A stretch of 64,000 bases of DNA from Camelus ferus (taxonomy: Eukaryota). Numbering within the stretch: the first letter of the stretch is position 1; the number at the start of each line of letters is the position of its first letter. The stretch is taken from positions 18,724,001-18,788,000 of the forward strand of contig NC_045715.1 in the NCBI RefSeq assembly GCF_009834535.1. The letters run 5' to 3'. A program made the translations under genes and the position numbers. The notes under the pieces are model-generated. The model searched no databases, was not told the origin of the DNA, and saw only the letters and a list, made by a program, of their open reading frames with translations. Below are positions 10,507 to 22,965 of this stretch, in pieces.

Positions 10507-13500
10507 GCAGCAGAGGTGTGCTAAGTTGTAAAGTCCTAGGCAAAATATTTTTTTCAAACACTACCATTTATTTTGTGCTTATAATAACTTAAGCCAATGT
10601 ATCAGATGCTCTTGGATCTTTTAAGATGTGGATAAATACACTGAAGTGTACCCAGAGTCAAAGTGAATCAGCTATACCTACACATATTGTTGTATCTTTG
10701 CAACATAATACTTAGTGAAAAGAATTAAGTCCCAGAAGAAAGGTGAAATGACTCTCATATAGATATAAAACAAATATGTGTTAAAGATTTTATTCAACAC
10801 AGTTAATGAGGGAACCAGGAAAAGTAATAACCAGTTCAAAAAAAAAAAAAAAAGACTCAAAAAGCAGAGATTTACAAGAAGTGAAGGAATGTTTGAAGTA
10901 AATGTACAAGTGGAGGCAAAAATTGCTTCTTCCACTGTGGGAAAGGTAAGTCAAATAGTTTCTACCTGACAGAACTCAATTTGCATGTCATACACAAGAA
11001 CTATTTTGCTTGGCTATCAGTTATCTATAATTTACAATGTTGTAAAATGCCTGCCACAGAATCAGAATCAGATAACCTGGAGAGGTGTCTAGACTCTAGA
11101 CAATGTATAATTTTCCACTGAAGTATAAATTTGTCCCTTAAAGCTCAACTATATATCTTACTCATGTTATAAAACTGAGTAGTCTCAAGTTTCTTACACA
11201 CTTGTAGGTATTTTCATCCTGATTTTTTAAATAGCGAAACTTTGGTTTATAGATTCTGTGTAAATGAACCTGAGTCACACAGTAGCTAACTGGAATTCAA
11301 AACCGGTGTGTACAAATCTGAGCCTCTGTTGATAGCCACCTTTGTTACAGAGTGTGTAGTGCATGTCAGGTGACCTTGTTTTCTTGTACAATCCTTTAAT
11401 CATGCTGAGTATGCTATAGATCCTATAAAACTCTCACCATTTAGAAGCTCACTAATTTTTCTTTAACTGTTAATACCACATCATCCCTTCCCACATTGTC
11501 CCATGAAAATCCCCTGTCCGAATCTTTCCCATGCTTCAGTGGTCAGCTCTAACACAATACATTTGTAAAATTATCTGGGACTCTGATTTTAAAATGTTCT
11601 GTCACTCCTTTTAAACTATCACATTTTTATACAATGAAATAACAGTTCTTCTAGTTAATATATTATATGTTTTATATATTCTTATTAGACTGTAAATTTC
11701 TTGATGGTAGAACTATTTTTTTTAATCCTTCTTAGCACCATTTCAGGTATTAAGTTGTTGTTAAGATGCCTTATAGACAGTAAGTGATCAATAATAACTC
11801 AAGATGATCATTAATTTTAATTGATTAATTATATCCAGAAATTATTCCTTCATTTTATTTGATGCACTGTCTAAATCTTTGTTCTTCAAGATTATGATTG
11901 AATCTATCACAATATTCTGTTTGAGTTTAAACTGCTATCAGATGTTTCATGCTTTTTTTAAATCAATTAAACATAAACTCCATAAAGAGAGAGAAAAAAA
12001 AGTCATTAAGGAATCTCCATGGGTATGAAAAATCAGCCCCAACTTTTGGGGAACAAACTTTTTTTTCCTAAATATCAATCTTAAACTCAAGGAGAATTGC
12101 TATGAATTCTGCCATGGTCTAGAGGCTGTTTTGACAGTGACAACAAATCAGAATTTTAAACCTCTTCTGTTGACATAAGAAAGGTATTCCTCCCCTCCTC
12201 ATTCAAATTATTTTCTTGGATACAATGCCCTCAGAGTCCCCATTTCATTATTCCTTATTTGTTACCCAATTCTCATTGTTAATCAATCATTAAAACAACT
12301 GAAAATATTTTTTAAAGCCTCTATAAATATGAGTGGAATAATATATGTTTGCAAATCATATAAATGCTGGAAAGTTAGAAAATGGCCTTTGTGGAAGGCA
12401 GTGGGAATGATTATGTAATACTGAATTTTACACTGAAAATGGAAATTACTCTTAATGAGTATATGGATGTTTAAGTAGAAAAAATGCTTTAAATGAACAT
12501 TACTGTTGTCTCTGGTACAGTTGCATGTACTTTCTCAAGGCACTGAGATTTCAGTTAGGTAACACCTAGAATTCTACTCTTGGGATTACATAGCCCCCCA
12601 TATCATGTGTTATATAGATCTGATGATTTCCAAAATAGCCTTTACTTCTATGCTTCTTTTTCTTTTGTATTTGTTTAAGAAAATGTCAATAGTAACTTAA
12701 TACCTTAGAAAGGCACATTTATTTTGCATATTCTGTATTTTACAGAATATTTGTCTTGAAATAATTTATTGGGTGTATTCTTATGACAGAATCAAAAAAA
12801 TGTTTATTTCAGTGTGAGAGGACTAACATCCAGTTAAAATAATTTAGAAAGGTATAACAGAACAAATTTAAACATAGAATGACTATCATACATCTATTGT
12901 AAAATAAGTTACATGGATTGTTGATCTTATATGATCTCCCTTTTACTCCTGGTGTACTCCCTATAGACATGTTCAGGATTTTTCACAGCAATTTATCTAC
13001 CCTGTCTCTACTGTGACAGAAAGAAATTCTCTTGGACATTAGAAGTTTTTACTACCTTTAGACGTGCTAAAAAAAAAATGATACACAAATTCAAACTTGT
13101 TTCCTCTGAAGTACTTTGTTGTATTAGGGGATCACTTTTTAAATGATCACTCAAAGGAATGAATCCATAATATGAAAATACCAGTCATCATTGAGGCTTA
13201 TTAAAAATAATATTTATCAATTTGAGGAGGGCTCACAAAACTCCACAAAGACATAGCTATTCACATCCATTCTATGTGAAATTAAATTAAATATCACAAT
13301 TATAATTGATAAGAAAATTTAAATTAAAAGTATATGTACTTCTTAAATATAAAAAGTAACTTCTTTCTTCTGGTTTCTTGTTTGAAACACCAACATTTCC
13401 TTCCTTATGATTATGAAGAAAAGTCAAAAAAATTTTTTTGTTTTGTGTAACTAACAGTTTCTAAAATTCCAGAATTGACTGGCTAAATGAAACACAAAAA

Positions 13501-13989
13501 TCTATATCTACCACTATTTTTTCTACCATAATTTGTAATGCCATCAACTAGTGTCATTGCCATGCAAACTATGCCTTGTATTAGGGAAGTATGGCAGCCT
13601 TCTTTAAAAATATTATGTAAGAGCTCCTGTAAAAGACCGTACTCTTTGAAAGAAGAGTAAAATGAGGAATTTAATTATTCTATGACATCAAACACATGTT
13701 TACCTAAGAAAACAAAAATGTTGAACTCTTTTTAAATTTTTTAGTCAGGTGATTTCTTAGGGACTTCACATGGGCATCTCTGTGAATGTTCTGGATGGTC
13801 ACCATCCACCAGAGAATGGGCCCACTGAGCTCTGCCATTTCTTTTGACTAATATTGTAGGAAAGGAAAGTGTCTAATTTGTAGGTTTGAAGGTGCTGAAA
13901 GACGGAGGCCCGTCTTAGTCCCCAAGACTGCTTCCTGCTGTAGCTTGCAGTGGCGAAAACAAACTATAGTTATCTTTTTGCGTCAATTT

Positions 13990-14190
13990 TCTGACAAAGG
14001 TGGCCTGTGAAGTCAGTATCAGTTAAGTCAGAGTGGCTGATAGTGTTGTTCAGAACATCTATGTCTTTACTGATTTCTTGCATATAGTTCTATCAATTGC
14101 TGAGAAAGCAACTCATATATATGTTAAAATATTCAACCATGACTGTGGAATTGTCTATGTCTCCCTTTAATTTTGCCAAATTTCGCTAAA
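13990..14190 (-). mobile_element. Old L1M ORF2 (endonuclease region) fragment
   Basis: TCAGTTAAGTC...GATAGTGTTGTTCAG...TTCTATCAATTGCTGAGA...ATTGTCTATGTCTCCCTTT resembles antisense L1 endonuclease sequence. Confidence 0.6.
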
Positions 14191-17169
14191 AAGAAAAAAT
14201 GACACAGGTGATGTTTATTCTTGTACATTTGAATAAAAATGTCACTTGACATATTTTGGCAAAATAACCTGTAAATTTATTGCATTCAAATGCCGATGAA
14301 TCTTGATCATGACTGTAAATTATATATGTTTAAAAATGTAGGATCCTAAATCTTATATAAAAAATTACCCCAACCCTAATTCTTTGAAGATTGATCAAAT
14401 TAATTGCATAATTACTCAAAGGAGTAATTATCTATCTATTCCTGGTCACAGTGGGGTAGAACGCCTTTAAGAATGTGAATAAGCAATATAAAGATTTCAT
14501 GTTTATAACATTTTTCTGACTTAGAGATCACATTAAGCCCAAAACTGACTTTCAAATCACTGTGAATGATCAGTCCAGATGGTGTAAACTTTATATTTGA
14601 TTCAAACTTATGATTAAACTGTCTAATCCTTAAACACCTCAATCCAGTTTCTCATTCGTATGCTCTGATATCTTTTTTATAGGGTGGGTGAAGGTTTTCA
14701 CGACATTATAAGACACCCCAGAAATTATGAAAACTTTTTTACTTATGGATAGACTCCTGTCATTAATTTTCTTATGGTGTATATAATAACTGTTAGCATC
14801 CAGATTTAGTCTTAGGCTTTAGAAAATATCCCTGTCTTTCCCATCTGGTCTTTAACATTTATTTTCCTTCAACAAAGAGTAATAAAAAGAGCATAGATAG
14901 TTTAGTTACTTAAAGATAGAGTTGAATCACAGCTCTGCCATATTTTAAATATTTTATTTAAGCTACTTAACTTCTTTGATTCCTAGGTCATTTAGCTGTA
15001 AAATATGAATTATATAAATCAAATGGGGTTGTTTTGATAGTTATTAATAATATGTTTGCATTAAAGTAATAGTTTGCTTTAACTACTGAAAGGCAAGAAC
15101 AATTGTGTAGGTATTTGAAAGCATATATGACTGAGAAGAGTGCCAGTGAGGCAGTCTTATGTGTGGTGGGCAGAGAGGAGGGCAGTGGACTCAGCCATAG
15201 ACAGGGAGGATGACTGCAGCCCCACTTATGTATCCTTAGGTTAAGGAAACATACAGCTTCCACCAACTAAACAGAAATAACTCTCAGATTTTGATCTTCC
15301 TCCTTAAGTTGTCACAACTCTAAATAAACAAATGGTTAAATTGCCCTAAAATGGTTTCAGAAAGATTCAAAAGCATTGTCAAATTACTTTTACTTTGAGC
15401 TTATATATTTTAAGTCTATATACTTAAGTCTGTGTATTTAAGTCTATAAATTTTGCTAATGTTATTTGCAATGACTTTAGCTAATTTAATTTTCCTATTT
15501 TAATTCTCAACATAAAAACTCTGTAAACTGAGCCATGATAAGTGCCTCTCATGATACTGACTGACAGCAAATATTCCAACCTGATTATATTATATTAGTT
15601 TTAGGGAAACTGCTTTTGGTAGGTAGAAGGAATATAGTCAGACTAAATTAATCATCAGAAGTCGTTGAGCCCTAAAAACTTTCTGAATTATCTGAGGAAT
15701 AATAAATATTACTTTTTTGAGGAACTGTACATTTTTGAGGAAAGTCTTCTTTCTGAAAGCTTATACCACACTATCTTTATTAGTGTAGTATCAGCTCTGT
15801 GAAAAAGAATAAAAATACCAGACCTCTGCAAGTCCTCTGGAAGAGACACTCTAGACCCTGCCTTAATTTTCCCTCAGGTTTAACAGAGAATATAGTAACA
15901 AATATGAAAGGTGATACCATTAATGATCCAGTAATAACCCACCCTAAATGCACCACCACCACAGAACAGCCCTGGGCCACAGACACTTGTCAGTTTGGGC
16001 TCAGGAGAGGAGTCCCAGGAACTTGGGTCCTGGGTGACATCTTCAAGAAAATAAAGGAAACATGACATGAACATTTGGTTACCTCCTGAGTTCTGGAGTA
16101 TTAATAAGACTCTAACCTACTCAGTTCCTCATTAATTGTTGTGATTACTGCAGAAATACCTCCATTATTTAAGATAGCCCAGTGCCTTTATTTGCTCCCT
16201 TCGATAGCCTTCTCTCTAGTTTATTGTGTCCTTGGTTGTTGAGTTATATATCTATTACCGGGCCCTCTTATTTTGACCACATGGTCCTATTATAATGAAA
16301 AATGAGGAATTATAGATGTTAAGCTTCCTTTTGTCCAACAAAAAAGGAAATATGTATTATACATGTGTGTGTGTGCATTTGTGTGTAGAATATCTTGAAA
16401 ATGGGCAGTTGGAGGCGACATGGAAAGAGGAGTTGTTTGAGTAAATAAGAGGTGGTGGCTCCCTGGGATGTCTTTTCTGCCAACATTGACAAACATACCT
16501 TGGGAGTGAGACAAACTATCCTTTTACTTCCAATAGTTTATAGACCTCCCTCTCCTCTTAAAGCCTCTAAGGAGTATATTGTGTATATTGTGTTAGTTCA
16601 TGGTTCCAGAGGGCCTCTCGACCAATCGCTACTCCCAGGAGTGGGAAACGATGGAAGGGTGGAAGAATGAACTTCAAGGACTTCTGGTTTTCCTTCTTAA
16701 ACTCAGAAGTGATACATAATTTTCATTCTTTTCATCACCCCTAGTTTTTCACCTCATTCATATAACTTCATAAATGTTATCTTCCAAGTTATTAACTGAC
16801 TTTGAAAAGCCCAAATTATTTCATGATTTTAATGTTAATTAAATAATTCAACAAATGTTAATTTATTAGATACTGCTAAAAACACAGTGGAATGCAATTA
16901 CCATGTTTTCTGCTGTCTTGGAACCACTAGACCAGTGTGGGAAAAGACAATAAACACAAACCCACACATAAATAATAATTATAATTTGCCATAACAGCAA
17001 TAGTAATAGTAGCTATGATGTATGATCATGAATATACTACATGCCAGGAACTGTTTTAAGCTCTTTATATATGAAACTAGTTAATTCTTACAAAAATATA
17101 TGATTTAGGTCTTGTTATTTTTGTTATTTTTACAGATGAGGAAACTGTGGCATAGAAAGGTTAATTAAT

Positions 17170-17580
17170 CTGATCAAGGGGAAAAGACACAAATTGCCAA
17201 TATCAGGTATGAGAGATGTGATGTCACTACAGATGCTACAGATTTTTTTAAGATAGTAAAAGAATCTTATTATAGAATAGGAAAATTTCTTGAATTACAC
17301 ATACTATCAAAAACTCATTCAAGAAGATTCTGAATAGTCCTTATCTGTTAAAGAAATTTATTTTAAAGCTAAACCACCTTAAAAAGCTTCTCACAAAGAA
17401 AATTCCAGGACTTTATGGTTTCACTGGTGAATTCTACCAAAGTTTAGGTAAGAAATAATACCAATTCTACACAAACTCTTCCAGAAAATTAAAACAGACT
17501 TATACTTCTGAATTCATTTTTTGAGGCCAGCACTACTCTAACAATAGAACCAGAAAAAGTCATTAGAGGAAAAAATAAAA
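17170..17580 (+). mobile_element. Old L1M ORF2 fragment
   Basis: AAGACACAAATTGCCAATATCAGG...GATGTCACTACAGATG...ATGGTTTCACTGGTGAATTCTACCAA...AAACTCTTCCAGAAAAT are L1 ORF2 motifs, heavily decayed. Confidence 0.75.
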
Positions 17581-17587
17581 TAATACT

Positions 17588-18552
17588 CAATGGTGAAAAG
17601 TTGAAAGCCTTCCCACTAAAATCTGGAACAAGACAAAGATGCCTACTCTTACCACTTCTGTTCAACATATTATTGAAAGTCCCAGCCATAGCAATCAGAC
17701 AAGAAGAAAAATAAAAATAAAAGTGATCCAAATTGGAAGGGAAGAGGTAAAATTGTCACTATATGCGGATGACATGATACTATATATGGAAAACCCTAAA
17801 GATGCCACACAAACACTAGTAGAGCTGATAAACAAGTCAACAAAGTAGCTGGTTACAAGATTAACATACAGAAATCTATTGTATTTCTTCATACTAACAA
17901 TGAAATAACAGAAAAGGAAAGTAAAAAACAATCCCTTTTAAAATTGCTTCAAAAAAATACTTACGAATAAAGTTGACCAATGAAGGGAAAGACNNNNNNN
18001 NNNNNNNNNNNNNNNNNNNNNNNNNNNNNNNNNNNNNNNNNNNNNNNNNNNNNNNNNNNNNNNNNNNNNNNNNNNNNNNNNNNNNNNNNNNNNNNNNNNN
18101 NNNNNNNNNNNNNNNNNNNNNNNNNNNNNNNNNNNNNNNNNNNNNNNNNNNNNNNNNNNNNNNNNNNNNNNNNNNNNNNNNNNNNNNNNNNNNNNNNNNN
18201 NNNNNNNNNNNNNNNNNNNNNNNNNNNNNNNNNNNNNNNNNNNNNNAGAACAAAGCTGAAGGAATAACCCTCCCAGACTTCAGACAATACTACAAAGCTA
18301 CTGTAAGCAAAACAGCGTGGTACTGGCACAAAAACAGACATATGGATGAATGGAACAGAATAGAGAGCCCAGAAATAAACCCACACACTTACGGTCAATT
18401 AATCTTCAATAAAGGAGGCAAGAATGTGCAATGGAGAAAAGACAGTCTCTTTAACAAGTAGTGTTGGGAAAGCTGGACAGCCACATGTAAATCAATGAAG
18501 TTAGAACACTCCCTCACACCATGCACAAAAATAAACTCAAAATGGCTTAAAG
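17588..18552 (+). mobile_element. Younger L1 ORF2 (RT and downstream) fragment with a 253-N gap, 3'-truncated
   Basis: Translates to EEVKLSLYADDMILYMENPKD (RT YADD motif) and [46 protein letters not shown]. Confidence 0.92.
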
Positions 18553-18562
18553 AAATATTGTT

Positions 18563-18985
18563 AACACCATTTGCAGCAACATGGATGCTCCTGGTGAATG
18601 TCATTCTAAGTGAAGTAAGCCAGAAAGAGAAAGAAAAATACCATATGAGATCGCTCATATGTGGAATCTAAAAACAAACAAACAAAGCATAAATACAAAC
18701 CAGAAACAGAATCATAGACATAGAATACAAACTTGTGGTTGCCAAGGGGGTGGAGGGTGGGAAGGGATAGACGGGATTTCAAAATTGTAGAATAGATAAA
18801 CAAGATTATACTGTATAGCACAGGGAAATATACACAAGATCTTATGGGAGCGCACAGAGAAAAAAATTTGACAATGACTACATATATGTTCATGTATAAC
18901 TGAAAAACCATGCTCTACACTGTAATTTGACACAACATTGTAAAATGATTATAAATCAATAAAAAAAGTTATATTGTTAAAAAAA
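18563..18985 (+). mobile_element. 5'-truncated young L1 3' end with 14-bp TSD
   Basis: L1 3' UTR with G-rich tract GGGGTGGAGGGTGGGAAGGG and A-tail. TSD AAAGAAATATTGTT at 18549-18562 and 18983-18996, preceded by TT (TT/AAAG endonuclease site). Confidence 0.85.
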
Positions 18986-18996
18986 GAAATATTGTT

Positions 18997-19500
18997 CATG
19001 TTAATCAAGGACTTCGCTGATTGATAAAGAGTTGAACAATTCTCTAATTTTTTAATAATCTTTATGTACCTTTTTTAAATTCTTTCAGTCTAATTTTCAT
19101 TCATTCTAGTTTATTCCTTTTTCAAGATCATATTAACCAACTGTCTATTTCATGCATGTTTTCAACAGAAAATATTAATTCTATGGATTATTTTTCACTT
19201 TTACTTTTACTTCATTAATTTTGCCATTCTTTCTTTCTTCTTTCATTAAATTTTTCTGTTCTTTTTCTGCCATTTTGAACTGAAACTTCAGTTCCTTTTT
19301 TTTTCCCTCTGGCTGGTTCTTGTCAAAAGGATTTAATGTATAAATTTTCCCCTGAAAGTCCCTTTGGCCCTAGGTAACAGATGTATGTTTATATGTAATA
19401 GTTTATCTTTCTACTTCACATAGATTGTAACTTCAATTTTTATTTTCATGCAAAATTTATTCTAAAGTGTTCTTCCAAATTTTTTAGGTTTAGTAGCTGC
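18997..19500 (-). mobile_element. Old L1M fragment
   Basis: T-rich antisense ORF2-like sequence. Boundaries approximate. Confidence 0.55.
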
Positions 19501-19519
19501 AATAACTAATTCAACCTTG

Positions 19520-20830
19520 GTGAGAGGCGGCCCCTATTGGGCCCATGCATACGTCCCCTCATCTGTAGTTTATGCTTTCCTGGGTGGTCATTAACATTTG
19601 ATACAAAGATGCATACACTGTGCGGCCATTCTTATAGATTCATTCACATATTTATTCTTCAGACCTCCTTGTCCTCAAATTTCCAATCTTACTCTTTTCA
19701 GGTTCTTGATAAACCAGCCAAATCAATTCAACCCTGCCCAGGAATATAGTAGATACTTACCTCAGACATATTTTCTTAATATGAAGTGTATGACTAGATG
19801 GGCTGCCTGAATCTCTGCCCGTTGGGAAGATCACCACTCACTAGCATCTTGCTGGGATACCCCTGAGTAGGGGTGTATAACAGCAGCAGCCCATTTTTGG
19901 CTCTCATCAACATACCAAGCTGACTTATCTGTTAACCAGATCTGGGTTTCCCTCTTGTTTTAGGTGGCCCTAGTGAACCCTCCATAAGTGTATTGGTATA
20001 AGCTGAGAGAAAGGCAATGGTGAAACAAAAGTAGATGATATAGGAATGTGGACTACCTATTTGCCCCAGACCACTAGACTCTTTAAAATGTTATTGATAT
20101 GCTAGAACTCTGAATCTTGCAGGTTTATCTCCCACCCTCTGGACTACATGTATCCTAAGGAGCAACTAGAGTAGTTGCCACTTCCTTCTCATCAGGCTGA
20201 TTAACATAATGTCATCAGCACGGTGAACAGCATATGCTTAAGAATGTCCAGATGACCACAGTCCTGTCAGGCTCTACCATCAATGAGAACAAAGAAGTTA
20301 ACATAGCCCTAAAGCAAACTGTGAGTGTATACTGTTATCTATACCAAATGAATGCAAACTGCCTCTGAGAGTCCTCATTTATGGGTATTGATAAGAATGC
20401 ATTTCTATCAATGAGATCAGTGCATAATAACTACCAGAGTGTGTGGATTTGTCCTATTAAAGATATCTGTCACAGCAGCTGCAATGGTGCTACCATTTGG
20501 TGAAGGTTTCAGTAAGCTATTGTCATCCACCACAATCCATCTGATTTTTGCAGGAGCCCTTCCGGTGAATGAACTGGGGATATGATGAAAACCACTATCT
20601 CTATACATTTAAGTGTTTGAGGGTGATACTAATCTGCCACTCCACCTGTGAAGTGCTCTTGATTCTGATACACTATTGTAGCTGAGGCAGTTTAATGGAC
20701 CTCCATTTAGCCTTTTGTACCACAATGTGCCTTAGTCAGCAAGCCAAGACACAATGGGAAAGCTTTGTCATCTTCTAAATATATACCTTCCAGATACTCT
20801 CACAGACTGGGAATATGAACACTGCATGGA
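19520..20830 (-). mobile_element. ERVL-type pol (RT/RNase H) internal fragment, decayed
   Basis: Minus strand gives IAAAVTD (ERVL RT consensus IAAAVPD) and W-L-T-D (RNase H WFTD-like), with many stops and frameshifts. Confidence 0.7.
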
Positions 20831-20850
20831 TCCACGGGCCCAGTGAACTC

Positions 20851-21364
20851 TGAGATCGATACAATAATGTCTCCCCAAAGATGTCAATAGAATCTGTGAA
20901 TATGTTACCTTATGTGACAAAAGGAACTCGGCAGAAGTGATTAGGGATGTGGAATTTGAGATAGGAAGATTATCCTGAATTATCCAGGCTGGCCCAATCT
21001 AATTACACTAGTATCAAAATCACCCTACTCTAGAGAATCTTTCCCAGTTGTGATCAGAGATAGCTGCAATGACAGGAGAAGAATCAGAAAGATACATGAG
21101 AGACACTCAGCCAGATGTTAGCTTTGGTGAAGAAAGGGGGCGATAAGCCAAAGAATACAGGCAGTCTCTAGAAGATGGAAAAGGCAAGGAAACAGATTCC
21201 CCCTAGAGCTCCAGAAGGAATGCAGTCCTTCTGATACTTTGATTTTAGCCCAATGAACCTATGCTGTACATCTAACCTATGAAACTCTAAGTTAATAAAT
21301 TTGTTGTGTTTTAAGCCACTAAGTTTGTAGTAATCTGTTATAGCCACAATGCAAAACTAGTACA
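20851..21364 (+). mobile_element. MaLR LTR (MLT1D-like)
   Basis: AATAATGTCTCCCCAAAGATGTC...TGTGAATATGTTACCTTA...GATTATCCTGAATTATCCAGG...TAAGCCACTAAGTTTG...AAACTAGTACA. Confidence 0.85.
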
Positions 21365-21769
21365 GATCCATTCTGAGATGAACTTAGGCCAGGACTTCAT
21401 TCATCAACTGGTTCATAGGTGGCTCCTTTCTGACAGAGGGTCCATGACGGTATTTGTGTTTGCTGGTATCAAAGTTATCTTGGCCCTCTCTACCCAAAAA
21501 TCCTTGAAAACTGAAAATTCCCACTTTCACAGTACATGGTCATTCTGGTACATAACTGCAGTGACATTCAGGGAGGAACCGGGGAAACTGTTACTGAAGA
21601 CCAATACAAAGCTTCAATTTATATGAATGCTGTGTCCTTCTTCAGTGGGAACTGGTCTCTTTTTAGTTCCATGGTCTCTTCTTATTCTGGGTACTAGCAT
21701 ATATCTGGAAGCTGGGCAAAGGATGCTGATTTTAAAAAATGAAGGCAATTGCTACTGATCGTTTTATGT

Positions 21770-22965
21770 CAGAACCCCTTGGAGAAATGGCTGAATCTAG
21801 AGCTGTGATAGGGAACTATAAGATAAACCTGGATATTTTGTGCTACAGAGCAAGGAAGTGTTCAAAGAATGATGGGGAAATAGCAAGAGGACACAGACAT
21901 GAGGCTATATAAAATGCTAATATTAGGGGAAGCTGGGTAAAGGGTACACAAGAATCTTCTCTGTGTATGTTACATCTCTACTATAAATATACATTTTTTT
22001 CAAAATAAAATCTTTCTTTAAAATGGACATAGAAGCTAGGCTGAGGGAGTTCTCACTGAACAAAACTGGAATTATTTGAACATCAAAATGAATAATGATA
22101 TTAATATATTACAACCCATTGAATAAATAGGAATCTACATAGGAAGGAAGGAAGAAGATTTTTCCTTGTAGTAGAATGTCAACTAGTAACTGTAGAAAGA
22201 ATGACAGAATTAGAAAATCATACTTATAATTAATTCAGCAAGGAAACATCAATAAGTGCTAAAGTAAGCGGGGGAAATTTACTGAGGAATGGGATATTTA
22301 CATTTTACCACCTCACAAAATACTTCTTAATTACAGTAAGAAAGAGTAGTAACTTTACAGTGCAGAAACCTGCAATACCCTACTTTAATCAAATGATCAA
22401 AGTTCTTATCATCTGTAATGGGCCAAACTGACATCATTTGCCTTCCTAATATGAGCAAATGAGAACACAGCATCAATTCTGTGATTTTTCTGCCAAAGAT
22501 GTGTAACCTATCTAATTATTAAGAAAATACCAGATAAACCCACATTGAGGAATTTGGGTTATTTTATAAAATAACTATTCTGTACTGTCTAAAGGTGTCA
22601 AAGTCATGGAAGTCAAGTAAAGACTGAGGAATTTTTCCAGATTGAAGAAGACTAAAGAGACATGAGAAATAATTACACAATACATGATCCTGGATCGGAT
22701 CTTTTTCTATAAGCAATATTATTGGTACAGCTTTTAAAATTTGAATGGAGTGTGTGAATTAGATGACACTAATATGTAAATGCAAAGTTCATCGTTTTGA
22801 TAGTCATTTGTGATTATATCGAAGAATGACCTTATTTGCCGGAAATTCATTAAGGTATTCGAGGGAGCAAACTGCTCTCAAATGATTCAGGAAATAGTTA
22901 TTTGTACTAGTCCTACAACTCTTCTACAAATTTGAAATCATGACAAAACTAATAAAGTTTAAAAA
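21770..22965 (+). mobile_element. L1MC-type 3' UTR
   Basis: AAATGGCTGAATCTAG...AGCAAGGAAG...ATCAAATGATCAAAGTT...TTCCAGATTGAAGAAGACTAAAGAGACATG...AACTGCTCTCAAATGATTCAG. Confidence 0.75.

Noticed and set aside
15405-15450. Three copies of a TTAAGTCT-containing ~14-bp unit
   Set aside because: Short slippage repeat. No unique spacers, so not CRISPR-like.
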